From Octopus sinensis (taxonomy: Eukaryota): a stretch of DNA of 64,000 nt. The DNA lies in contig NC_043015.1 in NCBI RefSeq assembly GCF_006345805.1, positions 35,278,001 through 35,342,000 of the forward strand. Direction: 5' to 3'. Shown here piece by piece: positions 25,358 to 38,795 of the stretch; the first letter of the stretch is position 1; the number at the start of each line of letters is the position of its first letter. The notes under the pieces were generated by a model. The model was not told where the DNA came from and did not search any database. It saw only the letters and a program-made list of their open reading frames with translations. Both the position numbers and the translations under genes were made by a program.

Positions 25358-26189
25358 ATGTATATATATATTATATATATATATGTATATATTATGTATA
25401 TATATGTATATATGTATATATATGTATATATATATATATTCTATATGTATATATGTATATATATATATATGTATATATATATAATGTATATGATGTTATA
25501 TCTATATTATATATGTATATATATTGTATATATTATATATGTATATATATATATTCGGTATATATATATATATGTATATTATATATATGTATATATATGT
25601 ATATGTATATAATATATATGTATATATATATATGTATAATATAATATGGTATAATATATATATATGTATATATATATATAATGTATATATATTATAATAT
25701 ATGTATATAATATATGTATATATGTATATATATATATATATATATGTTATATATATATAATGTATATATATATATATGTATATAATAATATGTTTATATA
25801 TATATATGTATATATATTGTAGATATATATATATCTAGTCTATATATATTATATAGTAATATATATATATTATATCTATATAATGTATATATATATATAT
25901 GTATTATATATATATGTATATATATATATATGTATATAATATATGTATATATATATTGTATATATATATATCTGTATATATATATATATTAATATATATA
26001 TAATGTATATATAATATATTGTATATATATATATATTGTATTATATATGTATATATATGTTATTAATATATATATATGTATATATATGTAATTATATATA
26101 TATATGTATATATATATTATATATTTATATGATATATTATAGATAATATATATATGTATATATATATATATTGTATATAATATATATGT

Positions 26190-26222
<33 letters not shown>

Positions 26223-26579
26223 GTAATATATATATGTGTATATATAATATATATATGTATATATAATTATATAGTGTAGTATATATATGTATATTATATG
26301 TATATATATATATGTATATATATATATGTATTATATTAATGTATATATATTATATATATATATGTATATATATATGTATATATATATGTATATATATATG
26401 TATGTATATGTATATATAATATGTATATATATATATATATTATAGTATATATATATATGTATATATATATATATGTATATATATATGTATATATATATAT
26501 GTATATATATATATGTATATATATATGTATATATATATGTATATATATAATGTATATATATATATGTATATATATATTT

Positions 26580-26611
<32 letters not shown>

Positions 26612-26870
26612 AGTATATATATATGTATAATATATTATATGTATATATATATGTATATATATATATGTATATATATTATTATCTATATATGTATATATAT
26701 AATGTATATATATAATGTATATATATATGTATATATATATATGTATATATTAGTATATATATATATGTATTATATATATGTATATTATATATTTATATAT
26801 ATATATATAAGTATATATATATATTTATATATATAGATGTATATTATATATATATATTATATAATATATA
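24513..26870. repeat. 2.4-kb degenerate (TA/TATG) array (GT on the plus strand)
   Basis: Direct reading. Irregular indels suggest a low-quality consensus. Confidence 0.97.
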
Positions 26871-27054
26871 TGTGTGTTGTGTGTGTGGGGTGTGGATATA
26901 GTGATATTGTGTATGCTTATACATATATACTCAAAGAATTCCAACTTGTCTGATTTTCACACTTTATTTACAATCTTATAATAATATAATATAATAAAAT
27001 GATAGAATATTAAATGTCCATTCTGATTGAACTAGTTCTTTCATGCATTAAACT

Positions 27055-28533
27055 ATGCAATCTTCAGGTTCATGTGGTAGCGGTGACAGTTACGAAGTGT
27101 TACTCATTATTAAAGCTACAAGTAACAGAAAATTAGATATTTACAAGAAAAAAATTCTTTTTCAATTCTTTAATACATTTGGTGTTAAAATTTCTGTAGA
27201 AAGTGTGCGTAGCTCTGTAAAGTTTCTAGATGTTAATTTTAATTTACTCACAGGTAACCATGCGCCATATCACAAACCTAATTCAAAGTTGATATATATT
27301 AATTATGAAAGTAATCACCCCGAAACAATCACTAAATGTTTAGTTAAAAATATTCAACACAGAATTAATTAGCTCTCATCTAGTCAAGAAATTTTTAATA
27401 TAAATAAGGAATTATTATAACTCAGTATTAGCTAAGGCAGGATATACACAGAAAATGAAATTTGAAACAAATAAGGATAACCTGCAAACAGACAACCAGA
27501 TAAATGATGAATTGTTTATAAATAAAAATGAACCAATAATTCGCATGAATAAGCATAACAATGGAAATTTTCAAAAATCATTCCAATAATAATGATGATT
27601 ATAATAATAGTAATAATAATAAAAATATGAATCCCATTCAACATGAATCCAACTACTGATTAAATAAAAAAAAAAATTAATAAATACTTAAAACGTAAGA
27701 AACATATTCCATATATAAAACATCCACCAGATAGCAACCAAAAACGCCTCAAAAAACTTAATGATGATGATGATGATAATAATAGTATTTGGCTTATCTT
27801 ACCTTATGGCAAGCAGGGTAATCCATTCCATAATAGATAAACATTTCACTTCTAGTAAATACAGTACTAGAATTAATAATAAAGGAATAAGGATCGGATT
27901 GTCTCTAGCCAAAAACCTAATTAGGCATATATCATCTACTAATGATGTTAAACTTGATGTGTATTACACAAATAGAAACACCCCCCCCCCCTGCAGCTAG
28001 GAACACAAACACTATCCTAATACCTGAAAATGACAGGAATATTATACCCAGACTACACAAGAGCAGTAATACAAACACAACCAACGCATCTAGTAATGAT
28101 CTAAATGATTTGTGTGACTGTAGAGTAAAAGGCAAATTATAAATTTAACGATTACTTTAAATGTAGAAACCTAAGTATACCAGGCAACAGTTGAAGCTGA
28201 AGGTAAATATTTCTATTATGTTGGAGCCACAGCGTATTATGTGAAATCTCGTATCACTAACCTTGAAGCCTCTTTTAGAAGTACTAATAAAAGAAATAGC
28301 ACAGGCCTTAGTAAATTTATCTGGAAACTTAAAGATAGTAATACAACTTGTAAAATTAGATGAAAGTCCTAAATAATGTTCTACTCTACAGACCGTCAGC
28401 CAAGACATACTCAGTCTGCCTAGGCGAAATCTATCACATCCTATTCTCTAAGCATAATCTCTTAAATGAGAAATCTGAAAAAAATTGCCAATGTTTACAT
28501 GCACATAAATATACTTTTGCTAAATTTATATAA
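27055..28533 (+). mobile_element. Penelope-like element relic, Naiad-type (RT thumb, Asn-rich linker, GIY-YIG)
   Basis: GVKISVE..VKFLDVNFNL..PYHKPN..YINYESNHP..RIN.LSSSQEIF, then CDCR, VYQATV, YYVGAT, STGLSKFIWKLKD, LLNEKSE..C.HAHKY across several frames. Confidence 0.75.
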
Positions 28534-28639
28534 GTATTTTCCACTACATATTATTTCACTAAATAATGATGATGATGATGATAATAATAATAATAATATA
28601 TAATGCATGGGATATAATTACTATATTATATATATGTGT

Positions 28640-28822
28640 GGCACATAAAAAGCACCTGCAACACTTTCTGAGTGGTTGGCGTTATGAAGAACATCCAGCT
28701 GTAAAGACCTTACCAGATCAGATTGTGGGGCCTGGTGCATTCTCCTGGCTTGCCAGTCCTCAGTCAAACTATCCAACCTATGCCAGCAGGGAAAGCGGAC
28801 GTTACATGATGATGATGATGAT
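28640..28822 (+). mobile_element. RTE-tailed SINE or short RTE 3' end
   Basis: GAGTGGTTGGCGTTATGAAGAACATCCAGC...CAACCTATGCCAGCAGGGAAAGCGGACG-(ATG)n. Confidence 0.75.
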
Positions 28823-29549
28823 AACCCATTCCAATTATGCATACATCCCATCGTAATCACATCTCTGATAAAAATCCTGCTTTTTAATGTTCAAGTAGAA
28901 CAATTAGTATTTAAAATACCATCTACATATAATTCAATAACCTTTTTTCTTATCAGATGCATAATTATAACCACCATCATTTAATCCCAAACTTACCTTA
29001 TCATAATACAATAATATATAATATCCCCTTCATTGCTAATCCCACTATACTTATACTCCATATAAAACACCATAGCCCCTATTTTTATTCCCATTATTTT
29101 AATTAACTCACCAATATTCAATTTTTATTTTGAACTCTAAAATTTATTCTTAACTCAGTGCAATAATATGTAACATCCTCTTCTCGGTCAATTGCACTAT
29201 TTTTTTTACTCCTTATCAGTAGATGTACTAACATTGAAATTACAAATTATATATTAGTTCTCCGCAGCATATTCAATAATCCACCACTTGTACTTTTCCT
29301 TATTAAGGATACCCATATAACCCACATTTTAATCCCATGATATTAGCATGCTTATTTATTAAAATGATAATGATACGCATATAAACCAACTTTTTATACC
29401 ATGATAATAGTATAAGTTTATTCCATAGATCTCTCAAATTTTATATTGCAATATTCAAAAACTCGAATACCAACTTATCCCAACATTATACAATAATCTA
29501 TATTTATTTCATACATATATTCCACTTTTATACAATTACAACTATTATA

Positions 29550-30754
29550 TTAGGTTGGCAACTAAGTTCCCGCTATTTTTTAAAATTTTAATTTTTTAAA
29601 AGGTTTAATAAAAAATAACTAATTAATCAATAATGTATTCACCCTTGTTGTTTACAACTTCTTCCCAACGTTCAACAAGATTTTCAATACCTCATTGGTA
29701 GAAATCACCCGATTTCGACTCAAAAAAATTGATCCAACCAAGCTCTCAATTCTGCATCAATATTGAACGAAACTCCACACATAGCATTTGAAAGAGATCG
29801 AAAGAGCTGGAAATCCGTTGGTGCCACATCAGGAGAGTATGGAGGGTGTGGCAGCACTTCCCAGCCATGCGTTTGAATGGCTTCCTTGGTCATATTGGCG
29901 ATATGAGGGCGGGTGTTGTCGTGCAGCAGCAGAACTCCATCTGCCCAATTAGGTCTTTTCTCTTGAATAGCCATGTGAGTCGTTCCATCTGTTGAACATA
30001 GAGTTTTGCATGACCGTTTGGTTCCATTCAAGCAATTCGTAATGGATAATCCCTTCCCAGTCCCCCATATGCACAACATCGCTTTACGCAGATGAAGATC
30101 TTGTTTACTGAGGCTAAGCCATTCCTTACGCTGCTTCATATTGATGTACAGGCTCCATTTTTCATTGCCAGTAACGATCCGGTAAAGAAATCGTTCCTTG
30201 TATCCATGAGTTGAGCGGTGATGAGCAAGCAAACCAGCGGAAATTGTGGCTCGTTGATTTTTGTTGTTGTCACTTAAAGCATGCAGAACCCATGCTCTAT
30301 ACTTCCGAACCTTCTCCATCGAGTGAAGATGCTTCTCTATAGCAGTGTGGGAGCATTCCATTTTCTCTGCCAGTTCCGTTGTTGTTTGACAAGAATTTTC
30401 ATGCAGAAGTTGGTTTAATCGCTCTTCATCGAACTCAACTGGACGGCGAGAACGAGGTGCATCTTTGAGGTTAAAATTACCATTTTTGAACTTGGCATAC
30501 CAATCAGCTTTTGCGGCCTTAGAACCTTGATTAAAAGCAAAAGGAAGGAGGTGTCAAAAATGTTCGTTTTTCATAACTTAACATTCCATTTTAATAATCT
30601 GAAAGTAAACAAAAATTAACTAAAATTAACTAGAAAAAACAAAATAGATTCCAAAATGATTCAAAAATAGAATTCTCGAAAATAGATTCCTAAATTTAAA
30701 AATGCAAAAATTCCAAAATTTAGAAAAATGGTGGGAACTTAGTTGGCAACCCAA
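29550..30754 (-). mobile_element. Mariner DNA transposon (mellifera-like TIR), defective
   Basis: TIRs TTAGGTTGGCAACTAAGTTCCC and its inverse, each flanked by TA. Transposase WVLHAL, IVTGNEKW, HDNTRPH, HPPYSPDVAPTDF. The first catalytic Asp is replaced by Asn. Confidence 0.92.
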
Positions 30755-30915
30755 TAATTACCCCTTTGTTTTCAGTAACTTACTTAATAAACCCTTTATT
30801 TAGATTTTTTTCCATATAATCCCTATTTTTAAAATAATGCTTTTACTAGGACTTTTTATCTTTTATTTTCTAAAATCTTATAAACCAACATCAATAACTA
30901 TTGAAACCTTTAATC

Positions 30916-31015
30916 NNNNNNNNNNNNNNNNNNNNNNNNNNNNNNNNNNNNNNNNNNNNNNNNNNNNNNNNNNNNNNNNNNNNNNNNNNNNNNNNNNNNN
31001 NNNNNNNNNNNNNNN
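30916..31015. other. Assembly gap (100 N)
   Basis: Run of N. Confidence 1.
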
Positions 31016-31210
31016 CGCCTGTCCTCGTTCACATCTTGTCATTCCTGGGAGAGAAAGGCCCTCAGGCCATCTGACATTGGGCAGATTGAAGTCTCCCATA
31101 AGAAGTACACTTATGTGTTGTTCTAATGTGGTTAGAACTTCTTCTATTTTTATAAGGCAGTCTTCAAACTTGCCCACATGGCTTGGGGCATCTGGAGGGC
31201 GATATGTAGC
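31016..31210 (-). mobile_element. CR1-group endonuclease fragment running into the gap
   Basis: [24 protein letters not shown]...[14 protein letters not shown]. Confidence 0.75.
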
Positions 31211-31253
31211 ACGATATATATACAATATTATATATATATACATATATACATAC

Positions 31254-31288
<35 letters not shown>

Positions 31289-31659
31289 CAATATTATATA
31301 TATATACATATATACATACATATATATATATATACATATATATACATATATATATATACATATATATACATACATATATATATATACACATATACACATA
31401 TACATATATACACATACACATATACATACACATATATAATATACATATAATATACATATATATATACATATATATATATACATATATATTTATACATATA
31501 TATATACATATATATATACATATATATATACAGCATTTTTTCTTGGTGATGGTTATAAGGGCACTAGGGTGTGCTAGCACAGCATATATATATACATATA
31601 TATATACATATAAATATATACATATAAATATATACATATACATATATATATATATAACA

Positions 31660-31691
<32 letters not shown>

Positions 31692-31730
31692 CAAATATAT
31701 ATATATATATATATACACATATATATTGAT
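31210..31730. repeat. (TA/TACA) microsatellite
   Basis: Direct reading of the sequence. Confidence 0.95.
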
Positions 31731-31734
31731 TGAT

Positions 31735-33515
31735 TGATTGATTGATTGATTCTAGTTTCAGCTCATGAGCTGTGGCCATGCTGGGTCACCGCCATTTGGT
31801 GTTGCTACTTGGTTTTACTTCACGAAACCTTTTTAGCAACTGCCATTTGGTGCATGAGAGAGTTTGATGCAGCTGCCCTCATCTGCACCTCCTGCCGTGA
31901 AGTTGGTTCATCTGGGACACCTGACAGGAAGAGATCCAGTTCCATTTTAAAGACATCTGCATCCACCCCATGCAGGTCTCTCAGGTTCTTCGGGATGATA
32001 TCGAAGAGCTGTGGGCCACGGAAGCCCAGGCTATCACAGTATCTTGTCCTACATCTTGATGGCAAATTTGGAGTCCTAGGCACCACGCAGTGGCGCCCAG
32101 TTCTGGCATTTGTGTAACTCTCGATGCCAAAGTTTGGGACATGTCCCTCCAGGATCTTCCAGATGTATAATTATGGCATATCTTTCCCGCCTACGCTCCA
32201 GGAATATAGTTTTAATCTCTTGAGTCTTTCCCAGTAGCTTACATTCTGCATAGAGGCTATCTTCTTCGTGTAGCTACGCTGGATCGCCTCGAGCTCTGTG
32301 ATCAACTTGACACTGGATGTGACCATAACTGAGAGCAATAGTCAAGTGGCTTAGGACAAGTGTCCTCCAGAGGACCATCATGGTTTCTTGTTCTCTTGTT
32401 CTAAAGGTTCTGAGAATCCATCCAGCCAGCCGTCTACATTTTATTGCCAGTTTAGCAACATGTACATGAAAGGTCGTGTCATCACTCATGTGAATACCTA
32501 GGTCACGCACTGATTGTGCCTCTGGGATTGCAATCCCTCCGGGTCCAGTGTATTCATTGGGTATTGCATTCAGTTTTGCATGCTGATAGTATAAAGCTTG
32601 AAACTTTTCAGCATTGAACTGCATGCTATTCTTTTCAGCCCACTTGTATATTTTGTCTAGCTCACATTGCAGGTGCTTAGTGTCTTCAAGGTTCTGTATT
32701 GCCTGTGAAACTTTTGTATCATCTGCATAACTTGTGATCGTGGCTCTCTGCATGGCTGAGGGCATGTCTGAGAGGGCCATTATGAACAGTAGTGGTCCCA
32801 AAACAGTGCCCTGCGGAACACCGCTCACTATTTGTGTGTTAATGGAAGTGGCCCCATTGGCTGCTACCACCTGGATCCTCAGAAAGTCATGAAGCCATTC
32901 TCCCAATTTTCCAACTATGCCAAGATCACGCAGTTTGTGACATATCATTCCATGATCGACTTTATCAAAGGCCTTTGCAAAGTCGAGATATATGACTTCC
33001 ACATTTGAGTGGTTGAGCAGTTGTTTCAGCACCCAGTCATAGTGTTGTAGGAGCTGAGTTAAACAGTTTCTTCCTGGTCGGAAACCATGTTGGGTGTCAG
33101 GCAGCAAGTCATCTTCTTCAAGGAAGGTGATTAGTTTCCTTCTGACTATTCGTTCCATGACCTTGCTGATGTGTGAGGTGAGAGAGATAGGTCTGTAGTT
33201 CTTGGCCTCTGCTCTGCTACCACCTTTATGAATAGGGCATATTTTACCTTGCTTCAGTTTTTTTGGAAGTTTGCCAGCTGCAAGGAAGTTCTGAAAGAGG
33301 ATCTGCAGTGGTCTTGCTAGGACTCTCTTACATACTTTCAGGAGGATTGCCGGGAATCCATCGGGGCCAATAGCTGATTCTGTTTTCATTTCACCTATGG
33401 CCTTTATTACATCGTCTTCCTTTATATCGATGTAATTTATCGTCGCCGCCTCTGATTTTATATCTGCAGTGGTAAAGAAGTCAGTTGGATTGGTGATTTG
33501 GAAATGCCCGAAGGG
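31735..33515 (-). mobile_element. 5'-truncated CR1-group LINE with a nearly intact RT
   Basis: About 390 open codons: [44 protein letters not shown]. One frameshift near 32340. 3' end GGCGGTGACCCAGCATGGCCACAGCTCATGAGCTGAAAC with an (ATCA)n tail. Confidence 0.92.
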
Positions 33516-33657
33516 ATACATATATATATATACATATATATATATACATATATATACATATATATACATATATATATATACATATATATACATATATATA
33601 CATATATATATACATATATATACATATATATACATATATATATATACATATACATAC

Positions 33658-33714
<57 letters not shown>

Positions 33715-33777
33715 CATATATATATATACATACATATACATATATATATATACATATACATACATATATATACATAC

Positions 33778-33868
<91 letters not shown>

Positions 33869-33930
33869 CATACATATATATATACATACATATATATATA
33901 CATACATATACATACATATATATACATAAA

Positions 33931-33982
<52 letters not shown>

Positions 33983-34003
33983 CACATACATATATACACA
34001 TAC

Positions 34004-34056
<53 letters not shown>

Positions 34057-34121
34057 CATACATATATATACATATATACACATACATATATATACATATA
34101 TACACATACATATATACATAC

Positions 34122-34154
<33 letters not shown>

Positions 34155-34183
34155 CATACATATATACATACATATATACATAC

Positions 34184-34246
<63 letters not shown>

Positions 34247-34256
34247 CAATCATATA

Positions 34257-34306
<50 letters not shown>

Positions 34307-34802
34307 ACATATATATATACATATATATATACACACATACATATATATATATACATATATATATACACATACATATATATATATACATATATATATATAC
34401 ATATATAATACATACATACATATATATATTATACATATATATATACACATACATATATATTATACATATATATTATACATACATATAATACATATATATA
34501 TACATATATATACATATATATATACATACATATATAACATACATATAATACAGCATATATATATACATATATATATACATTATATACATACATATATATA
34601 CATATATATACATACATATATATACATATATATACATACATATATATACATATATATACATACATATATATATATATATACATACATATATATATTACAT
34701 ATTATACATACTATATATAATATACATACATATATATATATAATATACATACATATACATATAATATATAATACATACATATACATACATATACATATAT
34801 AC

Positions 34803-34851
<49 letters not shown>

Positions 34852-35121
34852 CATACATATATATACATATATATAATCATACTATATATACATACATATA
34901 TATACATATAACATATATTATACATACATATATAATCATACATATATATACATATATATACATACATATATAATCATACATATATATACATATATATATA
35001 TATACATACATACATACATATATAATCATACATATATATATATATACATATATATACATATATACATACATATATATATATACATATATACATACATATA
35101 TATATACATATATATACATAT

Positions 35122-35160
<39 letters not shown>

Positions 35161-35271
35161 TACATACATATATATATATATACATATATACATACATATA
35201 TATATATACTATATACACATATATATACATATATACACATATATATACATATTACACATATATATACATAT

Positions 35272-35310
<39 letters not shown>

Positions 35311-35806
35311 ATATATATATATATACATATATACATACATATTATATACATATATATATATACATATATACAATATTATATATATACATATATATATACA
35401 TATATTATCATATATATATACATATAAACATATATATTACATATATATATACATATATATATATACATATATATATATACATATATATATATACATATAT
35501 ATATATACAATATTATATATATACATATATACATACATATACATACATATATACATACATATATATATACTACACATATATATACATACACATATATACA
35601 TACACATATATACATACATAATATATATACATACACATAATATACATACATATATATATACTACTATATATTATCATATATAATACACATATATATAACA
35701 TACTATATATATATACATATATATATACACATATTATATATACACATATATATATACACATATAATATACACACATATATATATACATATATATAATATA
35801 TATATT

Positions 35807-35865
<59 letters not shown>

Positions 35866-37030
35866 CATACATATATATATAGATATATAATATCATACAT
35901 ATATATTATATATATATATACATACATATATATATATATATATATACATACATATATATATATATACATACATATAATAGATATATATATTACATATATA
36001 TATAACATATATATATATATATACTATATATATATATATATACATATATATATAACATATTATATATACAATATTATATATTATACTATATACATACATA
36101 TATATTACATATATATATACATATATACAATATTATATATATATACATATATACATACATATATATACATATATATACATATATATATATATACAATATT
36201 ATATATATATACATATATACATACATATATAATACAATATTATATATATATACATATATACATACAATATATATATACAATATTATATATATATACATAT
36301 ATACATACATATATTATACATATTATATATATATACATACATACATACATATATATATACAATATTATATATATATACATATATATACAATATATATATA
36401 CATATATATATACATATATACATACATATATATATATACATATATACATACATATATATATAACATATATACATATATATATATATATACATATATACAT
36501 TATATATATACATATATACATACATATATATATACATATATACATATATATATATATATACATATATCATATTATATATTACATATATATATACATATAT
36601 ATATATACATATATATTATACATATATATATATACATAATATATATATACATATATATATTACATATATATATATACATATATATATTACATATGTATAT
36701 ATACATATATACATACATATATACATACATATATACATACTATATACATACATATATACATATACATACACATAATACATACACATATATACATACACAT
36801 ATATACACATATATATACATATATATATATACATATATATATATACAATATATATATACATATATATATATACATATATATATATACATATATATATATA
36901 CATATATATAGATACACATATTACATACATATATACATACATATATACATACATATATACATACATATATACATACATATATACATACATATATACATAC
37001 ATATATACATACATATATATATATATATAA
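33516..37030. repeat. 3.5-kb degenerate (TA/TACA) array
   Basis: Direct reading of the sequence. Confidence 0.97.
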
Positions 37031-37224
37031 TATATAAAAATACACAAAAGACCCATCCAAAACAAACAACTGAATGCAATTTCAGCAATACAATATCACA
37101 CAATGTACCCCCTGATCTCAAAAGCCAGCTTAACAAATATAATAGTTTATTTCACAGAATAATGTGGACAAGAGAAATAATTATTTACATTTGACGGATA
37201 TTTGTCCTCAACATGTTTGTTGTC

Positions 37225-37270
37225 AACACAACATTTTGGCTGATATACCCTCCAACCTTCATCAGGTGTC
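37225..37270 (-). ncRNA. Penelope-type minimal type I hammerhead ribozyme motif, mutated
   Basis: GACAC-CTGATGA-A-GGTTG-GAGGGTATAT-CAGCC-AAAA-TGTT-GTGTT. Stem I GACAC/GTGTT and stem II GGTTG/CAGCC. The canonical GAAACG reads AAAATG. Confidence 0.75.
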
Positions 37271-37323
37271 TTGGGGGAATTTCAAACCTGAGTTCTCATT
37301 CCTAAGGTATTTTTCGATATTAC

Positions 37324-37362
<39 letters not shown>

Positions 37363-37364
<2 letters not shown>

Positions 37365-37434
37365 TCATGCCTGGAATCCAACTCGGAATCTTTGGGTTAG
37401 TAGCCCGTGCTCTTAACCACTATGCCATATGTCC
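37363..37434 (-). ncRNA. 72-nt tRNA-derived cloverleaf (SINE-head-like, probably tRNA-Arg related), not a functional tRNA
   Basis: GGACATA-TGGCATAGTGGTTAAGAGC-ACGGG CTACTAA CCCA-AAGATTCCGAGTTGGATTCCAGG-CATGACC. A box and B box are recognisable but several stems are mismatched. Confidence 0.7.
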
Positions 37435-38389
37435 GTGGGCTATTATGGAGTGAATTTTAGGGCTTATAAATCTAATATTCTCCTATCTTTCCTTAATAGC
37501 AGTTCCCATATGCTGTTCATATCTGCACTCGGTCTGCTTAGGAGGTTGTTGTATCCTAGCATATGTGCTGCTTCTTTTAGTTTTCGTATTTTCCAGTGGT
37601 ATTCTCTGTCTATTATTTTAACTTCATCCCACAGGGGTAGGTGCTCTCCATTTTTCCATACATTATCAGCTATACCCAATTTATCAATGTCTTCCTGTGT
37701 CACAGCTTTGCAATGTTCATCTACCCTTATTTTGAGGGGGCGGCATGTTTCACCTTTGTATAACCTACCACAGCTGTATGGGATGGAGTACACGCAGTTC
37801 TTGGTCATATTCTCTTTTATTGGTGGTTTTACTTGAAGGAGACATTTGCAAAGTGTTGTATTACTCTTGAATACTGTCCTGATGTCATATGGGCAGGTAT
37901 CTTTTTGGAGATGCCTTTCACATAAGGTAGACAGACTGTGGACACTTTATTAGTTTCATCTTCGTTTCTTCATAATTGGAGTGGAGAGTATGCTTTTGGG
38001 GTAGTTGTTGCTTAATAGATTGTTACTGAGCTTGATCATTTCTTCGTGGTGGGTATCACGATCGCTACTTATATTCTTTGCTCGATGTTTCAGGCACTGA
38101 GCAATCCCTCTTTTTACATTGTATGGATGGTGAGAGTTGAAGTTGAAGTATTGTCCAGTGAAGGTCAGCTTGCAGTATACGGATGTCCTGAATCCATACT
38201 TGGTGTGTGTTATTAATACATCCAGGAATGCTAGCTGATTGTCTTTTTCTTTTTCCATTGTCAACTGTATGGATGACCTTTACTGGACGATACCTCAACT
38301 CCCACCATCCATACAGTGTAAAGAGAGGGATTGCTCAGAGCCTAAAACATCAAGCAATGAATATAAGTAGCGATCATAATACCCACCAC

Positions 38390-38755
38390 ATAACTAGTAC
38401 TTGTGCCAGTGGCACATAAAAAGCATCTTTCAAGCATTGGGCCTCACAGAGGCAATGGCCAATGACTGAGAATTTTGGCATTATGCCATGTTTGAGAAGA
38501 AAACCTATCAAACCAAGTGAACCCATAGTCATGGCAGATACTGGTGTCATGCAAATGGATCCCGTACTGATAGCACATAAGAAGTACCTATTACACACTT
38601 GGAGTGGTTGGCATTAGAAAGGGCAACCAGACTTAGAAACCATAACAAATGAGACTGGAGTCTGGTACAGCCCTCAGCTTACCAATCCATGGTCAAACTA
38701 TCCAACCCATACCACATGTACAATGGATGTTGAATGATGAAATGATGATGATGAA
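38390..38755 (+). mobile_element. Degraded RTE-tailed SINE or RTE 3' end
   Basis: GTGCCAGTGGCACATAAAAAGCA unit, GAGTGGTTGGCATTAGAAAGGGCA and an (ATG)n tail. Confidence 0.65.
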
Positions 38756-38795
38756 ATTTAGAAAATATTATTATTTCATTGCATAATTTTTAATA

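Larger units (their letters stand above)
37150..38388 (-). mobile_element. Penelope-like element (Poseidon-type), 5'-truncated with an inverted 5' segment
   Basis: RT thumb MEKEKDNQLAFLDVLI..YFNFNSHHP. GIY-YIG NCVYSIPYSCGRLYKGETCRPLKIRVDEH..RKLKEA. 3' region with a tRNA-like segment, (AAT)n and a hammerhead motif. Confidence 0.88.

Noticed and set aside
11984-37065. Many long ORFs rich in Y/I/H/T/M/C/V (also at 49638-50471)
   Set aside because: They are translations of TA/TACA microsatellites, which lack stop codons in several frames. Only their non-repeat portions are real TE coding remnants.
37363-37434. Functional tRNA gene with an ACT anticodon
   Set aside because: The acceptor and T stems are mismatched, the B box is mutated, and it is embedded in a retroelement.
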